Of a DNA stretch of 64,000 nucleotides, positions 38,832 to 48,634 are shown one piece after another (positions within the stretch are counted from its first letter, which is position 1; the number at the start of each line of letters is the position of its first letter). The stretch comes from Thermoplasmatota archaeon (lineage in GTDB: Archaea > Thermoplasmatota > SW-10-69-26 > JACQPN01 > JAJPHT01). Made by a program: the position numbers and the translations under genes. Below the pieces are notes generated by a model. It ran no database searches. It had not been told where the DNA came from and was given only the letters and a program-made list of their open reading frames with translations. The DNA lies in assembly GCA_035540375.1 (NCBI GenBank), contig DATLGO010000101.1:14324-78323 (forward strand), in the 5' to 3' direction.

Positions 38832-40103
38832 ATGCGTGACGCGGCCGGAACCGACGCGCGCGGCCGCCCGCGTCGCGTCCTCGCGCCCATCGTGCTGGTA
38901 TTCGCGCTCCTGACGCCCCTCCCCGCGGGCGCTCAGGCGGCGGATTGGAAGCCCTTGGGCGCGACGCTCGTCGCGCAGAACCTCGAGATGCCCGTGGACA
39001 TCGCGCTCGGGCCCGACGGGATGGTCTATTACGTCGAGCTCTTCGGCGGCCACGTCCGCCGCCTCGATCCCGCGACGGGCGCGATCGACCCCGCGCCGGT
39101 CGCGACGGTGAAAGGCTTCAACACGGGCGGCGAGCGCGGCGTCTTCGGCCTCGCGCTCGACCCGGATTTCGAGCAGACGGGAGCCGTCTACGTTTCCTAT
39201 TCCAAGAACGGGAGCGCGCCGGGAACGACCGTGAACGTCCTCTCGCGCTTCGTCGACGGCGTCGAGCGCGTGCTCCTCGAACGGCCCGGAGACACGATGC
39301 ACAACGGCGGCCGCCTGCTTTTCGCGGACGGCCACCTCTTCGTCTCGACCGGCGACGCGACCTCGTTCCGCAACTGGTCCGAAGCGAAGGCCCGGCGCGC
39401 CCAGGATCCGCAGTCGCTCGCGGGGAAGATCCTCCGGCTCACGCCCGACGGCCACCCCGCGCCCGGCAACCCGTGGGGATCGGCCGCGTGGAGCCTCGGA
39501 CATCGCAACGTCTACGGGCTCGCCTACGATCCGACGACCCGCCGGCTCCTCGCGACCGAGAACGGGAACGAGCGGGCGGACGAGCTCAACCTCATCGTGG
39601 CCGGCGGGAACTACGGATGGCCCGACTGCGCCGGGCCGTGCTCGCCGGAGCGCGACGGCTTCATCGATCCGGCCTTCTGGTACGAGCGGACGATCGCGCC
39701 GACGGGCGCGACGTTCTTCCAGGGGCATTTCTGGTTCGCGGACTTCAACCAGGGCCGCATCCACCGGCTTCGCGAATCCGCGCCGGGCGTCTGGATGGAC
39801 GAGATCGCCCACACGTATTCGGGAGCTCCGTCCCGCGTGCTCGACCTCGAGGCGGGCCGCGACGGCAGATCGCTCTGGTTCACGAGCTGGAGCGAGCTTT
39901 GGCGACTCGACTTCGCGGACGACGGGTCCGGAAACGGCTCGAAGCCCACGGGACCCACCGGCCCCACGGGTCCGACGGGCCCCGACCTCGGGGGACCCGG
40001 CGGACCCGACGAGACGACCGGCGACCGGCCGATCGCGGCGGCGCCCGTCGTCGCGGTCGCGGCCGTCGCCGTCGTCGCCGCGCTTCTCGCTCGACGGCGT
40101 TAG
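38832..40103 (+). CDS. Glucose/sorbosone (PQQ-dependent) dehydrogenase family, membrane anchored
   Basis: GERG..GLALDPDF, HNGGRL, STGD, GKILR, GHRN..G, DELN....GGNYGWP; PTG linker, TM and RRR tail. Confidence 0.9.
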   Translation: MRDAAGTDARGRPRRVLAPIVLVFALLTPLPAGAQAADWKPLGATLVAQNLEMPVDIALGPDGMVYYVELFGGHVRRLDPATGAIDPAPVATVKGFNTGGERGVFGLALDPDFEQTGAVYVSYSKNGSAPGTTVNVLSRFVDGVERVLLERPGDTMHNGGRLLFADGHLFVSTGDATSFRNWSEAKARRAQDPQSLAGKILRLTPDGHPAPGNPWGSAAWSLGHRNVYGLAYDPTTRRLLATENGNERADELNLIVAGGNYGWPDCAGPCSPERDGFIDPAFWYERTIAPTGATFFQGHFWFADFNQGRIHRLRESAPGVWMDEIAHTYSGAPSRVLDLEAGRDGRSLWFTSWSELWRLDFADDGSGNGSKPTGPTGPTGPTGPDLGGPGGPDETTGDRPIAAAPVVAVAAVAVVAALLARRR

Positions 40104-43066
40104 CGCAGCACCAGCCCGGCCGCGTCGACGATGGCGTTCCTGTCCTCGGTGGACGTCCTGAGGTCGTTCACGTACGCGAGGCGCACGACCCGCTTCCCGG
40201 CCGCGAGATCGACCTTCGCCTCGAAGGCCGTGGTCCGGGAGGCGTCGAGGTCCCACTCGGCGACGACGACGCCGTCCACCGAGGCGACAAGCCGCGGCGC
40301 GACGCCGGAGGCGGGCGAGCCGCGGGCCATCGCCACGAGCGAGTAGGACCCCGCGGCCGCGACGTCGAACGTGGTCTCGATGTGCCCGTTCGCCCACAGG
40401 TTCCAGAGCGCCCCGCCCGACGACGAGGTCGAGGAGATCCTCCCGCCGACGGTCTTCGCGGCGAAGCTCTCCGCTTCGATCCATTGACCTCGCCGCGCGA
40501 GGAGGGAGACGCTGTCCACGTGCAGGTTGCGGTCCTCTCCGGGCCGTCGACCGTCGTTCGTGAACGCGACCTCGAAGGCCGTCGACCAGCGTCCGAGGAC
40601 GACGGGCACCTCGTAGTCGCGCCACGTCGCCGAATCGACCGTCCAGCGTCCCACGACCTGGCCTTCGAGCTTGAGCTCCATGATCGGCCAGACGCCGCCC
40701 GCGGGTTCGCCGCGCGCGCGGATCGAGAACCGGTAGACGCCGGCGTCCATCGCGGAGAGCTTGTCCCCGATGGCCCCGTTCGACCACACGTTCCACGCCG
40801 CGCCGCCCGAGGCGCCCGCGTCCGTGATGCGCCCGCCGACCGGCTTCGATGCGAAGGCTTCGGCCTCGCGCTTCTGGAGCGGCGTCTCGGCGGGCTTCTT
40901 GAGCGTGACTTCGGCGACGGCCGTGGACGAGCCGCCGCGCCCGTCGGTGACCGTGAGGCGGATGCTGTAGGTTCCCGCCTCGACGTACGCGTGGCTCGCC
41001 CTCGGGCCCGTGGCCCGCGAGCCGTCCCCGAAGTCCCAGGCGAACGCGAGCGGGTCCCCGTCGGGATCCGACGATCCGCTCGCGTCCGCGGTCACGACGA
41101 GGCCGGAGGTCGAAACCGTGAACCGCGCGGAAGGGGAACTTTGCGCGCGAACTTCGACCGTCGCCTTCGCGGAGGCGCCGAGCTCGTCGGTGACGGTGAG
41201 GACGACCGTGTGGGGTCCGGGCGTGGACCAGGTGTGGGTCACGCGAGGCCCGCTCGCGGTCCTGCCGTCGCCGAGCGACCACGCATAGGCGAGGGCGTGC
41301 CCGTCGGGATCCGAGGAATCCTCGGCCGAGAGCGTCGAGGTCGTGCCGGCGGAGGAGACCACGCGCGCGACGGCCGTCGGCGCCCGGTTCACGACCACGG
41401 TCTTCTCGGCCGAAGCCGTCGCGCCCGCGGGGTCGGTGACCTCGAGGCGGATCAGGTAGGTGCCCGCCGAGAGGTACGTGCGCGCGGCCTCGATCCCCTT
41501 CGCGGAGGTCCCGTCGCCGAACGTCCACGCATGGACGAGGCCCGGGCCGTCAGGATCGCTCGACGGGCTGCCGTCGACGACGACGCGGAGGCCGTCCTGC
41601 GAGACGGTGAACGCGGCCGAGGGGGCGCGGTTTGGGGGCGGCGGGTGCGCGATCTCGATCCAGTCGAGGATGAGGTTGCGGTCCTCGCTCGAGGTCCTCA
41701 GGTCGTTCTGGAAGACCACGCGGATCTCGCGGACGCCGGCCTGGACCTCGACGCGGGCGGTGAGCGTGATCCAGTCCCCGCGGAACTCGCGCTCGGCGAC
41801 CTTCTGGCCGTCGACCGTGAGCGAGGCGATGGCGCCAACGCCGTTCGCGAGCGATCCGCGCGCCCGGAACGACACGTCGTAGGACCCCGTCGCGGGGAAT
41901 TCGAACGCGTCGCCGACGGCGGCGTTCGCCCACACGTTCCAGGCGGTGCCGCCCGTCGCGCCCGAAGCCTTCTGGAGCGCGCCGGTCCGCAGGACCCGAA
42001 GATCCTCGGCCTCGACGAGCGCGAGGGCTTCGCGCGACGGCGGAGGCGGGAGGGGCCCGCGGTTCACGGCCTCGACCCAGACGTCGAAAGCGGGTTTGCG
42101 CGAGCCGTCCGGACGCTCGAGACCCCAATGCCTCTCGGCGATGCCGTAGTAGTTCGCGGTCGACATCGGCTGGTCGCGCAGGCTGCGGTAGATGACGGCC
42201 TGCACGCCGAGGGAAGCGAGCATGGGGATGCGGTCCATGACCGTCCTGATGGCCGCGGCCTGGTGCTCGAGCCAGTCCGGCTCGGGGTAGGACGACACCG
42301 CGAGATCCGTGAAGATCGAGGGTTTGCCGAAGCGGTCCCGGATCTCACGGGCGGCCTTCTCGCTGCGGTCGCCGATGCTCATGTACGTCGAGAGGTCCTG
42401 CCGGGTCGACCCCGAGAGGCCCTGGAATCCCATGAGGTCCGCAGCCTCGATCGACGCGGGGAACCGGTCCCAGCGATCCTTGCCCCACGAGCCGAACCCG
42501 AGGACGACCTTCACGCCGGGGACGCCTTGCAGCACGTCGATGTGCTTCTTGAGATAGCGGTCGAAGGTGGGCGCATAGGACGTCGAATCGATGCCGCCCT
42601 TGTTGAATTCCGTCTCGACGTTCACGAGGACCTCCGCGCCGCCCATGCGGTCGCGGATCTTCGAGGCGAGCGTGTGGACCATCGCGTCCCATTCCGCGCG
42701 GCTCTTCCACGTGTTGTGGAGGCTCGACCAGCAGCCGTTGTCCACGCACGAGGGCGAGATGTCGTCGCCCCAGTAGTACCACTGGATGAACGGCGTCACG
42801 CCCGCGGCCCGCGTGCGGTCGAGCATCCGCTCGAAGCCGCCCCACGAATCCCTCGTCCAGGGCCCGACCCACGTCGTGGCGTAGTCGGGCTTGATGCCGT
42901 AGTCGATGAGGTCGTCCATCGAGCCGTACGACATGCCGAAGCGCATCGCCTCCGCGGGCGCGGCCGACGCCGTGCCTGCGAAGACGCCGCCGAAAGCAGT
43001 CGTGAGGATCATTGCCGCTCCGAGGAGCGTGGCCAGGGACTTCCCGGGGGACGTCGGGGTCGCCAT
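40100..43066 (-). CDS. Secreted glycoside-hydrolase-like protein with 3 CBM-like and 3 PKD domains (paralog of 36698-38590)
   Basis: Shares QW.YWGDDISPSCVDNGCWS.LHN and ETEFNKGGI with the paralog; PKD motifs SSDPDG...W.FGDG...H.Y...G; DRN CBM motifs. Confidence 0.8.
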   Translation of the reverse strand: MATPTSPGKSLATLLGAAMILTTAFGGVFAGTASAAPAEAMRFGMSYGSMDDLIDYGIKPDYATTWVGPWTRDSWGGFERMLDRTRAAGVTPFIQWYYWGDDISPSCVDNGCWSSLHNTWKSRAEWDAMVHTLASKIRDRMGGAEVLVNVETEFNKGGIDSTSYAPTFDRYLKKHIDVLQGVPGVKVVLGFGSWGKDRWDRFPASIEAADLMGFQGLSGSTRQDLSTYMSIGDRSEKAAREIRDRFGKPSIFTDLAVSSYPEPDWLEHQAAAIRTVMDRIPMLASLGVQAVIYRSLRDQPMSTANYYGIAERHWGLERPDGSRKPAFDVWVEAVNRGPLPPPPSREALALVEAEDLRVLRTGALQKASGATGGTAWNVWANAAVGDAFEFPATGSYDVSFRARGSLANGVGAIASLTVDGQKVAEREFRGDWITLTARVEVQAGVREIRVVFQNDLRTSSEDRNLILDWIEIAHPPPPNRAPSAAFTVSQDGLRVVVDGSPSSDPDGPGLVHAWTFGDGTSAKGIEAARTYLSAGTYLIRLEVTDPAGATASAEKTVVVNRAPTAVARVVSSAGTTSTLSAEDSSDPDGHALAYAWSLGDGRTASGPRVTHTWSTPGPHTVVLTVTDELGASAKATVEVRAQSSPSARFTVSTSGLVVTADASGSSDPDGDPLAFAWDFGDGSRATGPRASHAYVEAGTYSIRLTVTDGRGGSSTAVAEVTLKKPAETPLQKREAEAFASKPVGGRITDAGASGGAAWNVWSNGAIGDKLSAMDAGVYRFSIRARGEPAGGVWPIMELKLEGQVVGRWTVDSATWRDYEVPVVLGRWSTAFEVAFTNDGRRPGEDRNLHVDSVSLLARRGQWIEAESFAAKTVGGRISSTSSSGGALWNLWANGHIETTFDVAAAGSYSLVAMARGSPASGVAPRLVASVDGVVVAEWDLDASRTTAFEAKVDLAAGKRVVRLAYVNDLRTSTEDRNAIVDAAGLVLR

Positions 43067-43250
43067 GCGGGGGACTCCGCGGCGAGGCCATTTGGCGGAG
43101 CGTTTTCACGTCGGCCGGAGGCGCGCCGTCCCAAAGCGTCACGGCGAAGGCGGGCGCGGCGGGCCCGCGCCGTCACCCCGAATGACGACAGACCGCCGAG
43201 CCCGCAAGGGCTATGACGGGGCCGGCGGGGAACCGAGGCCGGCAGGCTGC

Positions 43251-44921
43251 ATGGGCGCGCACGAAGAACCGGCGGCGGCCGCGCACCGCCGCAAGCGAGG
43301 CGAAACCGTCCGGAACGCGGTCGCATCCGCCGGGACCGACGCGGACGTCGCGCGCGCCCGGCTCCTCGCGGAAGCCGGGCTCACGAGCTACGAGTGCCGC
43401 ATCTATCTTGCGGCCTTCGGCCGGGGCGCCTGCGCCGCGAAGGACCTCGCGCGGCTCTCGGGCGTTCCCCGCACGCGCGTCTACGACGTTCTCGCGGCCC
43501 TCGCCTCGCGCGGCCTCGTCGAGGAGCGCGCCGGGCCGCCGCGCGCGTTCGTCGCGCTCCCCCCCGAATCCTTCCTCGCGCGGGAGGCCCGCGAGGCGGC
43601 CGCGCTCGTGTCCGTGCTCGAGACGCGCGTCGCCCAATGGCCGGCCGCTTCGCCCTCGCCCGCCGTCGACGCGCCGTTCCGCCTCATCGAAGGACCCGTC
43701 GCCGAATCGCAGGCCGTCGCCGAGGCGCTCGCAAAGGCGCGGACGTCCATGGCCTGCGACGTTCGCGCCGAGACGCTCTCGAGCTGGCTCAACGACGCCT
43801 CGCTCGCGCCGCTCCTTCGACGCGCCCTTGCGCTCCCCGAGGTGCAGGCCGTCGTCTCCGGCCCGGCCTCGGCGACGCTGCGGCTCGCGGCGGACGAAGC
43901 CGCCCCGGTCATCGCCGGCCGTCCCTCGCGCCGTCTCGACGTCGAGCGTGTCGTGATCGACGGCCGCCTGCTGCTCCTCCGCATCCCGCGCGCCTCGGGA
44001 GGCGCCGACGTCCTGGTCGCCGAGCACGAGGTCTTCGCGCGCGAAGAGGCGCGTGTCGTGCGCGCCGCGCGCGAGGCCGCCGCGCCCCTTGCCGCCGTCG
44101 CGGCGGCGATCCGCGCGGGCGCGCGGGTCCCGATCGAGCGAGGCGACGCCCGCGAGACCGTCCTCGCCGCGATCGAACGCGCCACGCGCGAGGTGATCTG
44201 GCTCGGCCCGCCCCCCGAAGGCGAGGTCGCGCAGCGCCTCCTCGCGCGGGCGGCCCTCGGCCTGCGCGTGCGCGTCCTCGGCCCCGCTCCCCTCCCGGGA
44301 CCCCCGTGGCCGCCCTCGGCCGCGCACCGCGAGGCGGCCGAAGTCGGCGCGCCGTTCGTCCTCGCGGACGGGGTCCTCGCCATCGAGCCGCGCGGAGACC
44401 GCGCGCTCGTCACCGCGGTTCCCGGACGCGGTCGCATCCTCCATTCGCTTTTCGAGACCCTGTGGTCGCGCGCCGCCCCCGGGGAAGGCGCCGCGCCGAC
44501 GCGCGCCCCGCATCGGCTCGGGGGCGTCGAGGACGTCGTCGCGGGCGTCCGAAGGGGCCTCGAAGCGACGCCCGCCGGCGGCGCCTTCGCGATCGCCCTC
44601 GCAACCGACGACGTCACGGCCTTCCTTCCGGACCTCGTCGCGGCTTCCGAGCGGCGACCTCGCCTGCGGGGGCGCATCCTCCTCGCGCGCGCCCCCCGCG
44701 ACGTCGCGCTCCCGGCGGGATTCGACGTCCGCATCGCGCCGCGTCAGCCCGCGAGCTACTTCGCGTCCGCCTGGTCCGGTCTCCTCTGGTGGGCGGGCGA
44801 CGCCCGCGCGCGCCCCGTCGGGCTCGGCGCGCACGATCCCGCGGCGGTCGAAGCGGCGCTCGCCGCGTTCGACCTCGCGTGGCGCCGCGCGCGACCCCTC
44901 CCCGGGAGGCGGCGCGCGTGA
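43251..44921 (+). CDS. TrmB-family transcriptional regulator with extended C-terminal domains
   Basis: GLTSYECRIYLA...AKDLARLSGVPRTRVYDVL..L...GLV. Confidence 0.88.
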   Translation: MGAHEEPAAAAHRRKRGETVRNAVASAGTDADVARARLLAEAGLTSYECRIYLAAFGRGACAAKDLARLSGVPRTRVYDVLAALASRGLVEERAGPPRAFVALPPESFLAREAREAAALVSVLETRVAQWPAASPSPAVDAPFRLIEGPVAESQAVAEALAKARTSMACDVRAETLSSWLNDASLAPLLRRALALPEVQAVVSGPASATLRLAADEAAPVIAGRPSRRLDVERVVIDGRLLLLRIPRASGGADVLVAEHEVFAREEARVVRAAREAAAPLAAVAAAIRAGARVPIERGDARETVLAAIERATREVIWLGPPPEGEVAQRLLARAALGLRVRVLGPAPLPGPPWPPSAAHREAAEVGAPFVLADGVLAIEPRGDRALVTAVPGRGRILHSLFETLWSRAAPGEGAAPTRAPHRLGGVEDVVAGVRRGLEATPAGGAFAIALATDDVTAFLPDLVAASERRPRLRGRILLARAPRDVALPAGFDVRIAPRQPASYFASAWSGLLWWAGDARARPVGLGAHDPAAVEAALAAFDLAWRRARPLPGRRRA

Positions 44922-46072
44922 CCGAGGCGGACGACCTCGAGCGGGTCGGCCTCGGCCGCGACGAAGCCGCCGCCTGGGCCGCGCTCGCGCGCGAGGGCCC
45001 GCTCACGGCCCCCGATATCGCCGCGCGCGTGGGCTTCGCCCGGTCGCGCGCCTACGAGGTCCTCCGCGGCCTCGAGGAGCGCGGCCTCGTCGAGGTGCTC
45101 CTCGGCGAGACGCGCCGCTACCGGGCCGTCGCGCTCGACCGCTACGTCGCGGGCGTGCTCGAAGCCGCGCGCGACGCCGAACGGACGGCCCGCGCGCGCC
45201 TCGGCCGCGCCCGCGCGCTCTTCCCCGAGCGCGAAGTCGTGGGCGCGGGCGGACTCGGCGCCGTGCGCGTCGCGGAAGGTCGTCGCGCCGCGCACGAAGC
45301 GTGGGCTCGCCTCCTGCGCGCCGCGAAGGAGAGCGCGCTCATCGTCGCGACGGGCCGCGCGACGCTGCGCTTTCTCGACACCCCCGAAGGCTCGGAGTCC
45401 TACGAAGCCGCGAAGGCGTCCGGCGTCGCCGTCCGCTTCGTGCTGCTTCCGGGCGACGAGCCGGAAGCCGCGCATCGCGCCGCCGAGATCCTCGCCTCCG
45501 ACGCCGAGATCGCCGTTCACGGAGACGGCGCCGTCACGCGGGTCGCGGTGGACGGCGGCCGCGTCGCCGTCGTCGCCCACGAGCGCGACGACGAGCGCGT
45601 GTACCTCGGCAACGACCTCCTCGTCGAGGCCGAATCCGCCGCCCTCGCGACGGACGTGCAGACCGAGGCGGCGCGCATCCTCGAACCCGCCGAGCCCGCG
45701 TTCGCCTTCGCCGGATCGGTCGCGGCGGCGTCGCGCCTGCTCGCCGGCGAGATCCGAGCCGCGCGCGCCGAGATCCTCGTCCTCGTCGGCGCCGGCGGCG
45801 CGTCCTTCGCGGAGGGCTCCGAGGAGCGGCGCGCGCTTCTCGAGGCCTCCGCCCGGGGCGCGCGTGTGCGCGTCGCGACCGCCGGCCCGTCGGACCTGCT
45901 CGGCCTCGTCGAGCCGGCGCTCGCGGACCTCGAAGGCGCCATCGTCATCGCGGACGGGGAGCGCATCGCGGAGTGGTACGGCGGGGCGGGCGCGCCGACC
46001 CTCGCCTTCGTCGCGCGAGACCCTGAACGCGCCCGCCTCGTCGCAAACCGGTTCGACGCGAGCCGCGCGTGA
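44918..46072 (+). CDS. TrmB-family transcriptional regulator
   Basis: GTG start overlapping the upstream TGA; GL...EA..W..L..EGPLTA..IA...G..RSRAYEVL..L..RGLV. Confidence 0.88.
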   Translation: MTEADDLERVGLGRDEAAAWAALAREGPLTAPDIAARVGFARSRAYEVLRGLEERGLVEVLLGETRRYRAVALDRYVAGVLEAARDAERTARARLGRARALFPEREVVGAGGLGAVRVAEGRRAAHEAWARLLRAAKESALIVATGRATLRFLDTPEGSESYEAAKASGVAVRFVLLPGDEPEAAHRAAEILASDAEIAVHGDGAVTRVAVDGGRVAVVAHERDDERVYLGNDLLVEAESAALATDVQTEAARILEPAEPAFAFAGSVAAASRLLAGEIRAARAEILVLVGAGGASFAEGSEERRALLEASARGARVRVATAGPSDLLGLVEPALADLEGAIVIADGERIAEWYGGAGAPTLAFVARDPERARLVANRFDASRA

Positions 46073-46137
46073 GAGATCTTTCGCCGACTGCACGGAAAAC
46101 GTTATCCCGCGCCGCGGTCGATGGGACAAGAACGAGG

Positions 46138-46341
46138 GTGACTCGCCTGTCGGACGGAGAAGTCAAGGAGCTTCGGGTGAAGATCGACGTGAGCTACCAC
46201 CTGAAGCTCCACGCCCTCAAGCTCCTCCGGAACAAGAAGATGAGCGAGGCCGTGGAGGAGGCGCTCGACTACTACTTCGAGCACGTCGTGAAGGGCGAAG
46301 AAGTGGTGGATCGCGAGGCCGAGATGCAGGAGTACGGCTGA
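46138..46341 (+). CDS. Small ribbon-helix-helix-like DNA-binding protein
   Basis: KELRVKID.SYHLKLH...KKMSEAVEEALDYY. Confidence 0.65.
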   Translation: MTRLSDGEVKELRVKIDVSYHLKLHALKLLRNKKMSEAVEEALDYYFEHVVKGEEVVDREAEMQEYG

Positions 46342-46411
46342 TCGGTTTTCACGCGACCTTCCGGCCGGGCGGAAAAAGGGTTTTTACCGGCCGAGCCCCG
46401 TCGCGAGACGC

Positions 46412-47389
46412 GTGTACGTCGACAAGGTCGCGGTCGTCGGCGCCGGAGCCATGGGCGCCGCCATCGCCGAGGTCATGGCGCTCAACGGCAAGAAGGTCGT
46501 CCTGAAGGACGTCTCCCAGGAATTCGTCGACCGCGGCCTCAAGACCATCGATGCGGTGCTCGATGATCTCGTGACCTTCCACGCCGGCAAGGCCGAAGCC
46601 GAGATCGAGCGGATCGAATCGAAGAACGGCATCACGCTCACCGAGGAGCAGAAGGCGAAGGTCCGCGAGGCGAACAAGGCGACCTACGACCGCGCCCGCG
46701 CCGACAAGATCCGCAGGAACATCCAGGGCACGACCTCGTACGACGACCTCGCGGACGTCGACTTCGTGATCGAGGCCGTCGTCGAGAAGATGCCCGTGAA
46801 GCAGCAGGTCTTCAAGGAGCTCGAAGCCGCGACCCAGAGCCACGTCGTGCTCGCGACCAACACGAGCACGCTGAGCATCACGGAGATCGCTTCCGCGGTG
46901 TCGGCGAAGCGCCGTCCGAAGGTGCTCGGCGCGCACTTCTTCAACCCGCCCTACACGCTGCCGCTCGTCGAGATCATCCCCGCCCACGAGACGAGCCCCG
47001 GCGTCGTCGAGGAGACCATCCAGTTCTTCGAGGAGCTGCGCAACCACCGCTTCCCGATGCTTCCGGTCGCCGTCAAGGAGACGCCGGGCTTCGTCGTGAA
47101 CCGCATCCTCGGGCGCGCGTTCAACGAGGCGTTCCTCGTCTACGAGGAGGGGATCGCCTCCCCGCGCGACATCGACAAGGCGATGAAGGCCGGCGCGGGT
47201 TGGCCGATGGGACCGCTCGAGCTCGCCGACCTCGTCGGGATCGACGTGCTCTACCACGCGGGCCGCAGCATGAAGGAGATGGGCGCGCCCGCCGAGCAGC
47301 GCCTGCCCCAGATCATCGGCAAGCTCTACCACTCGGGCCGCTGGGGAAAGAAGGTGGGTCGCGGGTTCTACGATTACAAGAACGAGTAG
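46412..47389 (+). CDS. 3-hydroxyacyl-CoA dehydrogenase
   Basis: VGAGAMG, VIEAVVE, ATNTSTLSI, HFFNP, GFVVNR, PMGPLELAD.VGID, GKK.G.GFY. Confidence 0.95.
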   Translation: MYVDKVAVVGAGAMGAAIAEVMALNGKKVVLKDVSQEFVDRGLKTIDAVLDDLVTFHAGKAEAEIERIESKNGITLTEEQKAKVREANKATYDRARADKIRRNIQGTTSYDDLADVDFVIEAVVEKMPVKQQVFKELEAATQSHVVLATNTSTLSITEIASAVSAKRRPKVLGAHFFNPPYTLPLVEIIPAHETSPGVVEETIQFFEELRNHRFPMLPVAVKETPGFVVNRILGRAFNEAFLVYEEGIASPRDIDKAMKAGAGWPMGPLELADLVGIDVLYHAGRSMKEMGAPAEQRLPQIIGKLYHSGRWGKKVGRGFYDYKNE

Positions 47390-47415
47390 GTCCCTCAACG
47401 GGCATAGTTGAGGAC
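47390..47415. terminator. Hairpin at the left edge of the island, between convergent genes
   Basis: GTCCCTCAAC-gggcata-GTTGAGGAC immediately after the dehydrogenase stop codon. Confidence 0.4.
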
Positions 47416-47496
47416 TGCGCGGGCACTCACAAGGTCCAGTGGACATAGGGATCGTGGTTGAGCCGTTTCCCCGACCGTCCCGCGGCCTCTGAACGG

Positions 47497-48543
47497 CTAG
47501 AACAGGTCCTCGAGCCCACCTTGGAGCTCTGACAGCCCGCCGCATTCAGGGCAGGAGCGTTCATATAGTTCCTCGGTGGCCTTTTCCACGAAGTGATAGA
47601 AGGCGTGATTGAATGCAAGCCCGCACGACTTGCACTCGTAGTCGAGCATGCGAGGTGAAGAATCGCTGATCTTGCGAGTCCGCCGCCCTCGAGAGGGGAC
47701 CGACCGCACAGGCCTTTCGTACTCGAGGCAAGAATGCGAACGCATGTCGCGTTTGGTATCGAATGTTTCACCGCAGCTGTCGCAAGTCGCCGGCTGGCTT
47801 GCCTCCCACTCCCTGTACGCGCGTTGCGCTTCGCGCTCGGAGATCACTGCGGGGCACGCTTGAATGTGGTCCGATAGGGTATCCTCCGAAGCCTGCGCTT
47901 TCCCGCACGCACTGCACGGGTAGTGGCGCTTCGAATAGTTGTGACCACGGAGACCGGCCTCCGAGTCGAACGTCTTTCCGCACAGATCACATGCAAACGA
48001 GGGAACATCCCACGGTTGCACTCGAGCGTCATCAACCTCCGCTTCGACGACCCCCGAGACCTGACGAGCGCCCTCCGCATCGGTTGCGCCTGTCCAGATG
48101 TGCCCGACCGGCTCGACATCATGTATTAGTGCGGGGAGGCTGGCCGCAGCGACACCCTCGGCTGGGGAAGAGCTTACCCCGGCCGGCAGCGCATATCGCG
48201 CCTCGCGCTCGGGCTGAGGACTGCCGAACCCGCACTGACGCGCATGATCATCCCGCCACACCTCTCTTGAGTATTTTGCGCCGCACCCGGGGTAAGGGCA
48301 GACCGAATCCGCCGCTGCCATGTTAACGGACTTAGTAGTGTACGATGGGATAGTGGAGTCCCCGCCCGGGAGGAACGTGTACCCCTTGTGCTTGATGAAG
48401 AGCCAAGGGATCCCGACGTAGAACGTGTAGAAGAACGCCCCAAAGAACGCTCCTGCGACTACGTTCGAATTGAGACTCGCGAGGGCGGGGATGGCAGAAA
48501 TGGCTGCGAAGAACCACTTGTAGCCGTTCCATAACTTGCCCAT
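47497..48543 (-). CDS. Membrane-anchored multi-zinc-finger protein (C2H2/C2HC type plus terminal C4 ribbon)
   Basis: 2 N-terminal TMs; CPYPGC...H...C, FACDLCGKTF...L.GH....H, CSACG...L..H...C, CDSCGETF...M.SH.C, CKSC...CPEC. Confidence 0.8.
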   Translation of the reverse strand: MGKLWNGYKWFFAAISAIPALASLNSNVVAGAFFGAFFYTFYVGIPWLFIKHKGYTFLPGGDSTIPSYTTKSVNMAAADSVCPYPGCGAKYSREVWRDDHARQCGFGSPQPEREARYALPAGVSSSPAEGVAAASLPALIHDVEPVGHIWTGATDAEGARQVSGVVEAEVDDARVQPWDVPSFACDLCGKTFDSEAGLRGHNYSKRHYPCSACGKAQASEDTLSDHIQACPAVISEREAQRAYREWEASQPATCDSCGETFDTKRDMRSHSCLEYERPVRSVPSRGRRTRKISDSSPRMLDYECKSCGLAFNHAFYHFVEKATEELYERSCPECGGLSELQGGLEDLF

Positions 48544-48634
48544 CTCACGCACCCCCTCCCCCTAACTGAACCTTGAATATGTAAGCTTGTCCGAAAACTT
48601 GCGTGGGTGTCATCGTTGCCTCGACCCAAGCAGC

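Noticed and set aside
39945..39985. Short 9-nt tandem repeats
   Set aside because: They encode the PTG linker of the sugar dehydrogenase.
853..47545. Many very long overlapping ORFs (e.g. 853-2559, 2659-6183, 2717-5461, 10597-14079, 25842-28391, 38945-43216)
   Set aside because: Arg/Ala/Gly/Pro-rich shadow or antisense frames of genes with clear motifs; expected in very GC-rich DNA.
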